A stretch of DNA of 64,000 nt from Paraspadella gotoi (Eukaryota > Animalia > Chaetognatha). The notes under the pieces are model-generated. The model did no database searches. It had not been told where the DNA came from and saw only the letters and a program-made list of their open reading frames with translations. Each line of letters starts with the position of its first letter. Positions within the stretch are counted from its first letter, which is position 1. The position numbers and the translations under genes are program-made. Of the stretch, positions 13,281 to 24,700 are shown piece after piece. Location of the stretch: contig CM119267.1 in NCBI GenBank assembly GCA_051294375.1, positions 24,254,137 to 24,318,136 on the forward strand. The letters run 5' to 3'.

Positions 13281-14635
13281 GAATTGAGTCTCGTTGAAAG
13301 TCACCTACAATTAGTAATGAGTCTGATCAAAAGTGGCACATTTTCCAGGCTGTGATGAACAAGACTGGATTGAAGTTCCACCCCAAGAAGAACGAGCCTC
13401 ATCGGAAGTGCCTTGATGCCCGGCTGCCAGGACTGAGATTGGTCGACAGTCCCACGTCTGCCACGCATAGAGGACGTGTCACGCCCATAAGAAAGCGTCA
13501 TATAGGAAGTTCATCGCGGCTCTTGTCGTCGACGAGGACACAACGAGTTTCCAGTGACGAGTCAAATTTTTTTCACAGAACTCGATGTCTGGGGACATTG
13601 AGTCACGAGGTAGATTTTTTTATGCGTTCTACTTCTCGGTACTAGTCGGGGATTATCTGGCACAGCAACCTTTATAAAATTAAAGAGCATTATTATAATG
13701 CGCAATAGTTTAGTTACAAGTGTTTATATTTTTTAATGGTAATATTATTCTTATTATTATTATTGAGGAGAAGGCGCCAAGTAGGCTGAAGACTACTATC
13801 CGTAACTTCCGTGCCCGCTCAGCAGCAATGTGAACGGGTCCTGAGCTAGGAACCAGCTTTTCCAGGTTTTTCCACGCCCTAAGTCGGTTTTACGGCCGTC
13901 TCGCAGTTCCCGTAGAGTAAGGTACCGGGTTGGGATTGGACCCCGGTACCTAGTGGTCATGACGCTGATTCAATGAGCCACGACTACACTATCATTTTTA
14001 TTAATACTATATGAAATATAATGTTAAATACAAAAAAGTTAAACAAAAAAAGCACCAGGTATTCTAGAATACTTACGGACCACACTCAGACGAATTCGTA
14101 TATGCCTTCCTCTCAGACGAATGTGCCAGGTAATGTGCCTCCCAACATTAATGCCAATATGCTTTCCCCTCCGACAAATGTGCCGAGTTAATGTGCCTCC
14201 CCACCGGAATTCCGGTACGAATGTGCGGGATTCGTTCGCTCAATCGGAAGGAAAGGAAATCTTCGTCCCATTTATTCGGCGTCCCAAAAAAAAGGGGAAA
14301 AAAAGAAAAAAAGGGGAAAAAAGGAAAAGGGAAAAAGATGAGAGAGAAAAGGAGAAAATATGGGAAAAAAGGAGAAAAGGAAAAGGAAAAAAAGAAAGAG
14401 AAAAAAGGAGAAAATAGGAAAAGAAGAAAAAAGAAAGAAAGTGGAAAAAGGAAAGGAAAAAGAAAAGAGAAAAAGAGGAGAAAAAAAGAAAAGGAAAAAA
14501 ATTGAATAATATATATTAATATAATATCACTACTGAGTATAATAAAATAGTAAATAAAGAAACAACAAAAGTTCTAAAATAAAAGATCTAGAGGGTAGCA
14601 AAGATTTTGGAATTTAACAACGATTTTTTATTAGT

Positions 14636-14686
14636 AGTTTGGACATGTTTCGGCTTGCTTATTTCAAGCCTTCATCAGCATATGAC
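14636..14686 (-). ncRNA. Minimal type I hammerhead ribozyme
   Basis: The minus strand reads atatg CTGATGA a GGCTTG aaataag CAAGCC GAAA CATG TC caa. It has an intact core, a 6-bp stem II, a palindromic ACATGT stem III and a GUC cleavage triplet. Stem I is short. Confidence 0.82.
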
Positions 14687-16839
14687 ATTCAATAATAAAT
14701 TTTTGTGCAAAAGAAGAGTGTGTGAGAAGAGAGAGAGAGAGAGAGAGAGAGGGTAAAAGTTTTTCCAACAAAGTGGTGAGACAGAATAGTTGGTCAGATG
14801 TGAGGACAGGTTGAAGGTGAGGACAGATTGAGTGAGTTGTGAAAAGAAGTGAAACTTGTTAAAGAGAGAGAGAGAGAAGAGAGTGAGGAGAAGAGAGAAC
14901 AAAACAACAGAGATAATAATAAAGATAAGCATTTTTGCAATGTACAACAAAAGATTAAAGGAGTTTGAAAACTAACATTGGAGAAAATTTTAACATTTAA
15001 CTAGTGAATAATTAAGTAATTAGCTAAGGGATAGTTAAGTGAAAATGAAAATATGAAAGAAAGTAGTTTTTAGTTTAGTTGATAATTAGGAGATTAAGAA
15101 AGTGAAATTCAAGGAAAGAAAGAGCTCCAAAGTGAGCTGGCCCCCTTGTTTTATGCAAATGAAGGACAAGGACGATGATGACGGGTCATTGGCGTGTCAG
15201 TGCTGAGAGGAGAGTATGACGCGAACTGAATGAAGTGCCGGATTGGGAAGCAGATCCTTGCGGAAAGATCCGCAGGGCTACTCTTATGTTCTCTTTGGCC
15301 TGATACGCGCTGCCGATAACCATAACAAATAATTTTTCCAAACTCTAAAAATATGCATGAAAAAAGCACCAAAAACAATTCTTAAACTGCAATGACGACT
15401 NNNNNNNNNNNNNNNNNNNNNNNNNAAGACGCTAAATTATATGCATTTTAAAATTGACGCCAACGAATGTAATCCGTGACTTTACAGTGAAAATATAATG
15501 TTCACGTGAAACTTTTTGTTTCGAAAATTCATTTGTCGAGGAAAAGTCCTGGAAGCTTGCCGGGACGGATGCTGATGCGGGACTGGCGCCGCTGCGGAGG
15601 AGGATTGCTGGCTGTGCGGGACCGGCGCGGCTGCGGGGGGTGGGTTATGTGGGTAATCGCGGAAATTAACTTAATATTCGGCTCCCGCGAACTAAATTCG
15701 GAAATGAGCTGCATGATGAGTTTGGAATTAAGGATCGAGGCAACAATGTTGATTGTTTGTATACTATTATAGATAAGAGGTAATACATACATACTTTTAC
15801 CTAATTATAAAATCTTTATCGGTAATCTGTTAAACAAAAATATTAATAAAAAAACATTTTCATTGATGACTTTTAACGTTGTAAAATAGATTCAGAAAAT
15901 ATGCAAGTTCACGCAAAAATGTTAATGAGTTTAGGGCTGCCGCATCGTTCGAATCGAAGTTTCTGATGCAAGATTCCTTTATATATTTATTCTATTGCAA
16001 AAACTGCATAGTAAGGGCCCATATAAATTTATATCCAATATGGGTAGATTCGGTAAAGCTTAGCGTCTTGGAAGCCAACGGGAGGTAGAGCTGCGATCGA
16101 AATTCCCATTTTATCATGCCATAAATGGTATTTAAATAACTTGGTCAGACGTTTTTTCCCGGTTCCCAAAAACTGCTTGATCTTTTTGTAAAATTAGAAC
16201 AAATCATACATATCAGTTATGTTTTCGGGTAGCCTTATTGTCTTCTCTACTAGAAAAAAAAGAAAAAGTTTAATTCTTGCATCTTGAATGCTTGATTAAA
16301 GCAAATCAAATGAACTGGTTTTTTAGGTTGAAAACTGCATAGTCAAGCCTTCAATTTGTTTTTTGTTCTAAGACCAAATCGAAAGAAACTATATTGTTTT
16401 TACTATCTGTTTCAGGTTATAGCGCGGGGAGAAATTTAGAGAGTTTATATTAAATTTAGAGCAAATAGAAGCGATATCAAGTTTTTTGCATGCTAAAAGC
16501 TTTTTTAAGCCGCGTTCGGTCTGTATTGAAAATGGTTGGACGTAGGTTATCAATGCGAGGACATTCAATTTAAAAATAAGCATTGATCATGCGCGATCCG
16601 GGCCAGATAAATACCATATTTCAAACATGGCCTTTACCGTATTTTTACGTTTTAGAACGCAGTCCTGTATGAAATGTTTGAATTTCACGCCTGTGATATT
16701 GCACGTTCTAGGCGTCGTTTGTCCTTGTTAGGTCTCTTATTTCTTTATCTCTTGAAGAGAACATTAATTATTGTTATGTGAATAGTGACAAAACCGTCAA
16801 TAAAATCTTAAAAGCAATAGAGGATCGAGCCCTACTTTT

Positions 16840-17056
16840 AATGATAACAAATATGATGCGATGATAACAAATATTGATGCGATGATAACCAAATATTGGA
16901 TGCGAAGATAACCGAAGGATTGATCGATGATAACCAAATGATGGATGCGATGATAGTCATTCATTGATGCGATGATAATCTTCATTGATGCGAGTGATAG
17001 TCCTTCATTGATCGGATGATAATCATTCATTGATGCGATGATAGTTCATTCATTGA
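16840..17056. repeat. 21-23-bp minisatellite
   Basis: tgatgcgatgataaccaaatat / tgatgcgatgatagtcattcat repeated ~9-10 times. Confidence 0.85.
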
Positions 17057-17065
17057 CGTGACGTG

Positions 17066-19015
17066 ACTTTGAAAAAAACGTATGGCATATTTTTAAAAAA
17101 AGTATGCATACTTCAAAAAAGTATGCATACTTGGGAAAAGTAATGCATACTTTTTTCAAGTATGCATACTTTTTTCATGTAGCTTTACTTTTTAAAGTAT
17201 GCATCTTTTTTTAAACTTTTTTCAAGTATGCATACTTTTTTTCAAAGTATGCATACTCTTTAAAAAGTATGTATACTTTTTTAAAGTATGTATACTTTTT
17301 TTTCAAAGTATGTATACTTTTTCAAAAGTATTGCATACTTTTTTAAACTATGCATACTTTTTAAAATATGCATACTTTTTTGAAGTATGCATACTTTTTT
17401 AAAAATATGCATACTTTTTTTAAAATATGCATTACTTTTTTTAAAGTATGCATACTTTTTTTAAAATATGCATACTTTTTTCAAAGTTATGCATACTTTT
17501 TTCAAGTATGCATAACTTTCAAAGTAATTTTTTCAGTATGCATACTTTTTTCAAAGTATGCATACTTTTTTGAAGTATGCATACTTTTTAATATGCATTA
17601 CTTTTTTTCCAAAGTATGCCATACTTTTTTTCAAAAGTATTGCATACTTTTTTCAAAGTATGCATACTTTTTTCAAAGTATGCATACTTTTTAAAGTATG
17701 CATACTTTTTTAAAAATTGCATAGTATTGCATACTTTTTTCCCAAAGTATGCATACTTTTTTAAAGTATGCTACTTTTTTTAAAACTTTTTTCAAAGTAA
17801 TGCATACTTTTCAAAGTATGCATACTCTTTTGAAGTATGATACTTTTTCAAAGTATGCATTGTACTTTTTTTCAAAAGTATGCATACTTTTTTTAAAGTA
17901 TGCATACTTTTTTAAAAATATGCATAGTTATTGCATCTTTTTCAAAGTATGCATATTTTTGACGTTTTTTAAGTATGCATACTTTTTTAAACTTTTTTCA
18001 AAGTATGCATACTTTTTCAAAGTATGCATACTCTTTTGAAGTATGCACTACTTTTTTCAAAGTATGCATACTTTTTTTGAAAGTATGCATACTTTTTTTA
18101 ATTATGCATACCAATTTTTTGAAAGTATGCATACTTTTTTAAAAATATGCATACTTTTTCCAAAAGGTATGCATTACTTTTTTTAAAATATGCTACTTTT
18201 TTCAAAGTATGGCATTACTTTTTTCAAAGTATGCTACTTTTTTTTCAAAGTATTTTTTCAAAGTATGCATACTTTTTTTCAAAGTATGCATACTTTTTGA
18301 GTATGCATACTTTTTTAAAATATGCTACTTTTTTCCAAATTAATGCATTACTTTTTCAAAGTATGCATACTTTTTCAAAGTATGCCATTTACTTTTTAAA
18401 GTATGCATACTTTTTTAAAATATGGCATAGTATTGCATACTTTTTTCAAAGTATGCATACTTTTTTAAAGTATGCATACTTTTTTTTAAAACTTTTTCAA
18501 AGTATGCATACTTTTTTCAAAAGTATGCATACTCTTTATGAAGGTATGTGCATACTTTTTTCAAAGTATGGCATACTTTCAAATGTATGCATACTCTTTT
18601 GAAGTTGCATTACTTTTTTTCAAGTATGCATACTTTTTCAAAAGTATGCATACTTTTTTCAAAGTATGCATACTTTTTTCAAAGTATGCATACTTTTTTC
18701 AAAGTATGCATACTTTTTTGAAGTATGCATACTGGTTTTGAAGTATGCATACTTTTTTCAAAGTATTGCATACTTTTTTCAAAGTATGCATCTTTTTTTT
18801 CAAAGTATGCATACTTTTTGAAGTATGCATTACTTTTTTTTTAACTTTTTTCAGAAGTATGCATACTTTTTTCAAAGTATGCATATTTTTTGAAGTATGG
18901 CATACTTTTTTTCAACTTGCATACTTTTCAACTTGCATATTTTTTTCAACTTGCATCTCTTTTTCAACTTGCATATCTTTTTCAACTTGCATATCTTTTT
19001 TCAACTTTGCAACTT
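17066..19015. repeat. ~2-kb tandem array of a 20-21-bp unit containing the perfect palindrome AAAGTATGCATACTTT
   Basis: Unit TTTTTTCAAAGTATGCATAC, roughly 90 copies, drifting to ttttcaacttgcatatc at ~18910-19015. Confidence 0.95.
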
Positions 19016-19822
19016 TTTAATGATTACGCCTAAATTATCTTAGTCAAATCCCGACATTGTTGCTCAAACTTTGTTCATAATAAATAAGCCGGATTCAGAA
19101 TTTGGACAAATTTTTAAATATTAAACTATCGTCATCATCATTAGTTTAATTAATTTTATTCTTGCATCAATTTACTTTACCTTATCAATCATTATCTTTT
19201 ATTATAGTTTTATATGCTATCATATTAAAATCTGTTTATCATTTAAATTAAAAATGATTTAAAAATGAAAAATTAATCGTGAAGTGACGATAGTGGAATT
19301 CTTAATCTTGAATTAACGATATTAAATTGAGTAATTTAATAGTAGTTTTTGCTGGTAAGATTCTGTCAATTATACTTTCCAATCTTTTACTTTCTTTTGG
19401 CTTCTTGTTCTTTCCCTTTTTTATTCTGTTTTTATAAGTATGTATTTTTGTGATTAATTTTGTAAGAGAATTCCTTTTTTCCGGGCTTTGCTTATTCTAT
19501 TTTCTCTTATGAGGGCCCGGTTCGCGCATAATCGCTATTTATCGGTTTTAACTTAGTACTACGGTAGTCAAATCCTTATTGGGATTCAAAACGAGAGTTC
19601 GATTTTAAGCGAAAGGTTGATCGATTTGAAGCGCGCGATTTTGCGACTGTTTATATTGCCATAACTTCTTGAACGGATTATCCGATTTTTATGAAATTTT
19701 GCATATAGATAGTATTTTAATTCCCTATCGATCGGTACCAAATTTATTTAAAAGATTACTCAATAGTTTAGAAACGATCACATCCCCCAAATAGTGTATC
19801 GTAACGGAGAATTTATTCCTCT

Positions 19823-19905
<83 letters not shown>

Positions 19906-21734
19906 CGAGACTCCGATTCCTCAAAGTTGTTATCACGAGTCAAAGATAGAGAGGGAGACAGAGAGGAGAGAGGAAATACGGAAAAAACAAAAATAGGATG
20001 TGATAGAATTAATGATACTATAGAAATCTAAGAAAGATCGAAGAAAAAATTTAAAAGGAACTTCAAGGCTGTGAGCTTTGACAGTGTGAGAGAGATATCA
20101 ATTGAATTAAAGAAATTAAATATCGAACAAAAATTAAGAGAAAACAAAGAACATATTTTTAGAATAATTATAATGCTTGTATCGCAATGCCGTCTGTCTC
20201 AAAGGCGGCCGCCGCGATAAGGGGCGTTAATACAAACTTTAACGCTTCCTTTTGAATTCTAACTTCACGCAATCTCGGCACTAAAAGTTGCCAGTTCGGT
20301 AAAAATAGCGCCGAGGAACGAAGGCGCGGCGCTGAAGCTCGAAGGGCGGCGACAACAGTTCTGCGCTGACCTATAGGCGCTGGCAATCGAATCCAGTGGC
20401 AATGCGAGCCAAGTGGCAACGCCCTGTGCCCAGGTGTAATGCCTCGCCCAGGTGTTAGAAGTCTGGGCGGAAATAAATAATACTAAAACTAATGTCAAAG
20501 TACTCAACAAATATAATATCAAACTTTGACATTTTACCTTGTAATTGAAGCTAAAAATAAAAAAGTAAGCTGCTTCTTCTTTGAAACCGCATAAATTCAC
20601 CAACTTTTTAAGATAACCATAACAAATAATTTTTCCAAACTCTAAAAATATGAATGAAAAAGCACCAAAAACAATTCTTAAACTGCAATGATGTAAAATT
20701 GAATCAGGTTGAACCCACTCGGATTGCACTAACTTACCAAAAAACAAAAACGAATTCTGCAATTTCAGAGTCAAAGCAAAAATAATAAAAGATCGTCGCT
20801 AATTCTTATAAAACATTGAAACCAGTTGGGCATTAGTCTTATATTTTCTTAACAGCTAATAACTTTTTTTACTACCAAAAAAGCTTGAGAAAGATATTTA
20901 TTACCACAATCGATATAAGACAAGGGACAATGGAAATTTTGAACCATACACATCTAAAGATATACATTGATGGAATAACCTTAGATCTGAGAATTATGTC
21001 AAAAAATACAGTACTGTATAAAGGAAAGGGAAACAAAATTAAAACAAAGAAAAAAAAATAAAGCCAGAACGAAACATATGAAGGAGAACATAAGGGAAAA
21101 TAATAGAAAGAAGAACATAAAAAGCGAAGTGAAACTAAAAAGAACAATACTAAGAAGAACAATCAAACCTCGGAGAACCATACTAACCTACTAGCAGAAT
21201 CTGAAAAGTACAATAAAACCTAGGACAACCTTATGAGAAAGAACCATACTAAGAATAGCAATATAACCTAAGAGAACCATTTGGTAAAACATACTAAGAA
21301 TAGCAATAAATCCTAAGAGAACCATATGAAGAAACATACTAAGAATAGCAATAAATCCTAAGACAACCATATGAAGAAACATACTAAGAATAGTAATAAA
21401 TCCTAAGAGAACCATATGAAGAAACATACTAAGAATAGCAATAAAACCTAAGAGAACCATATGAAGAAACATACTAAGAATAGCAATAAAACCTAAGAGA
21501 ACCATATGAAGAAACATACTAAGAATAGCAATAAAACCTAAGAGAACCATATGAAGAAACATACTAAGAATAGCAATAAAACCTAAGAGAACCATATGAA
21601 GAAGAGCCATGTGATGAACGTGTCTCGTTGAACGAGCGTCGTGAAACTGGAAGAGAGAAGGGGGAAGTGTTTTGCCTTCTGGCTGGAACGCCGCAAGAAT
21701 ATTATGATTTCCATAGAGAGAGAGAGAGAGAGAG

Positions 21735-21736
<2 letters not shown>

Positions 21737-21799
<63 letters not shown>

Positions 21800-24700
21800 A
21801 TGGAAATCATAATATTCTTGCGGCCGTTCCAGCCAGAAGGCAAAACACTTCCCCCTTCTCTCTTCCAGTTTCACGACGCTCGTTCAACGAGACACCTTTC
21901 ACATGGCTCTTCTTCATATGGTTCTCTTAGGTTTATTGCTATTCTTAGTATGTTTCTTCATATGGTCTCTTAGGTTTTATTGCTATTCTTAGTATGTTTC
22001 TTCATATGGTTCTCTTAGGTTTTATTGCTATTCTTAGTATGTTTCTTCATATGGTTCTCTTAGGTTTTATTGCTATTCTTAGTAATTTTCTCATATGGTT
22101 CTCTTAGGTTTTATTGCTATTCTTAGTATGTTTCTTCATATGGTTCTCTTAGGTTTTATTGCTATTCTTAGTATGTTTCTTCATATGGTTCTCTTAGGTT
22201 TTATTGCTATTCTTAGTATGTTTCTTCATATGGTTCTCTTAGGTTTTATTGCTATTCTTAGTATTTTCTTCATATGGTTTCTTAGGTTTATTGCTATTCT
22301 TAGTATGTTTCTTCATATGGTTCTCTTAGGTTTTATTGCTATTCTTAGTATGTTTCTTCATATGGTTCTCTTTAGGTTTTATTGCTATTCTTAGTATGTT
22401 TCTTCATCTATGGTTCTCTTAGGTTTTATTGCTATTCTTAGTATGTTCTTCATATGGTTTCTCTTAGGTTTATTGCTATTCTTAGTATGTTTTTCATATG
22501 GTTCTCTTAGGTTTATTGCTATTCTTAGTATGTTTCTTCATATGGATTCTCTTAATTTTACTATTCTTAGTATGTTTCTTCATATGGTTGTCTTAGGATT
22601 TATTGCTATTCTTAGTATGTTTCTTCATATGGTTCTCTTAGGATTTATTGCTATTTTAGTATGTTTTACCAAATGGTTCTTTAGGTTATATTGCTATTCT
22701 TAGTATGGTTCTTTCTCATAAGGTTGTCCTAGGTTTTATTGTACTTTTCAGATTCTGCTAGTAGGTTAGTATGGTTCTCCGAGGTTTGATTGTTCTTCTT
22801 AGTATTGTTCTTTTTTAGTTTCACTTCGCTTTTTATGTTCTTCTTTCTATTATTTTCCCTTATGAACAATGAAAATATGGCGTAACGTTACTTTCCGTGC
22901 ATTAAAAAAAAGATTCACTGTTCAATATGTATATATTTCATTTTTTTTTTGAAAGCGTTATAGTTTCATATGTTGAATATCTAAATATCAATGCAAAATC
23001 ATTTTTTGTTTTTAGATATGACTGAATATAGGTTGAAAGATGAATAATTTTTTTTAAAAGTTACTTATTCAATATTTATCAGTAGAACTCTAATAGAAAA
23101 AAATAAAAAAAATAATAGTACTATAGTTTAGAGTTTGTCTCAAAATTGATGGAAAAGAAAAACCTCATTTAAAAATTTCGATCGGGAAGTGGGGTAACTA
23201 AGGCTTACAAAATGCGCATCCTCCACACCCGATTGTTCTTCTCAAATATAATTTTTTTTATTATACATTTGAAAGGGAAAAAAAGGAAATTTGAATGGCA
23301 GGTTGCAGAAAGGGTTACAGATAATGCTGAACTTATTGAGCATGATAACCATTGACTTTTATATCTTGTGAATAGGGGCAAGTAAAGAAATTAAAATAAT
23401 TTTATCATTAAGTCAAGTCGAGTGAAACCCTTTCCAATAGGGCTATTACGAGGAAATAATTTTTTTTAATTAAAATGGATGATAATAATAGAATTAATTC
23501 CTTGCTATATTTATAAAAAAAAAATTATCATACAATTTAACACATGATTGTTTTGCTTTGTCAAATATGTTACCAGCTTATATATTTTTTATAACTTTAT
23601 TATGATAACGCGTGTGTCAAGCTTTTTAGTTTGCAGTTAAAGATAATGAAATTGACAATTTTTTTTTTCACAGAACAAGAAGTATGATGTCAGACTGTTT
23701 ATAATCAAGCTGAAACATTTTTGTATTTATCATTTTTAATATTTAAAAATTGCATTTTATCAAGCTACAACATAAATTTTGCTTGTTTTTTACTTTAACT
23801 GAAAAATATAAGCAATTTTATGGAATAAAAAAAAATTTAATAATAAACCAAATGTAATTCAGTCTTTTCCTTTTTCAAATTACAAAGAAAAAAGAAATTT
23901 TTATATGCCTTCATTAAAATTTTTAAAGCAAAAAAACTGGTTTATACTTTTAACTCGATTTAAACAAAAGCTTGTAAAGATTTATGATTTAATTTAATAA
24001 AACTCTTTTAGAAAGGTGTCCCATGATTAGCTGCTTTAATTTGATACCACATCCACCTTGCTACCTCTTTTCTTTCAAAAGTTATTTAAAAGAATAACTT
24101 TTTTGTAAATTACGGATACAAATCTTTGTTAAAAAAAATTTCGGCAAAAGCAGGAGTATCTCATCTTATTTCTCTTTGTACAATACTTAAATTCAAAATA
24201 AAACTTGTAAGAAAATTTTTTTGTCATTTAGAGACATATCCACTTTCAGATGTACCCATCGTATAATAATTTATATTATTTATTTCCCCAAAAAAGCCTA
24301 ATTTATAAAAATTGAAAAATATTTTCAAATTGTTGGAAAAAAAATTTTCGTCCGACCTTATGCTCATTGAGAATAATGGTTTTGCATAGAGAAAATCAAA
24401 TATCAAAAAAATAAAAAAATCAGCCCTCTAGAAAAATCAAATGCTAGAGGCTGATTTTTTTTAGAATGCAAAATTTTTTTCCTGACTCATTAATCCATTA
24501 TTCTCAAGTTTCAAAATATTTTTTTCCAATCACTTCAATCAATTTTTTTTTTATTAATTTAAAAAATGTTTTATGATGTTGTTTTGTTGAAAAGAATTGA
24601 AAAAAAAAGTGAAAATATAGTAATTATATAAGGTTTTTGAAAATACCTTGAATATTAATAATTGACACAAGGGGAGTAAGCAGAGAAAACTTCCCATTTC

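Larger units (their letters stand above)
9009..15315 (-). repeat. Composite repeat unit, copy 2 (inverted relative to copy 1)
   Basis: 9009 attggtaacgaagacg is the reverse complement of ~8821-8836. It ends at ...tgatacgcgctgccg, the reverse complement of ~2142. It contains a negative-overlap gap at 10194-10218. Confidence 0.92.
15931..19790. mobile_element. ~3.86-kb non-autonomous DNA transposon-like insertion (hAT-like termini, tentative)
   Basis: Absent from the empty site taatgagtgtatcgtaacgg (9521-9540). It begins TAGGGCTG..CATCGTT and ends AACGATCACATCCCCCAA. The flanks atgagt-t and at-agtgt fit an 8-bp ATGAGTGT TSD with single-base errors. No transposase ORF is visible. Confidence 0.65.
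15426..21736 (-). repeat. Composite repeat unit, copy 3 left part (interrupted by the 15931-19790 insertion)
   Basis: Matches ~9019-9527 and then ~9527-11830. The minisatellite here has only ~8 units (~21240-21600). Confidence 0.88.

Noticed and set aside
17066-19015. CRISPR-like array of palindromic repeats, and the KYAYFF/SMHTF ORFs
   Set aside because: Units are head-to-tail with no unique spacers, there are no cas genes and the context is eukaryotic. The ORFs are translations of the satellite.
21191-22703. Multi-pass membrane-protein-like ORFs (MVLLGFIAILSMFLH)n
   Set aside because: They are translations of a 45-bp minisatellite. Copy number varies between copies and frames break freely.
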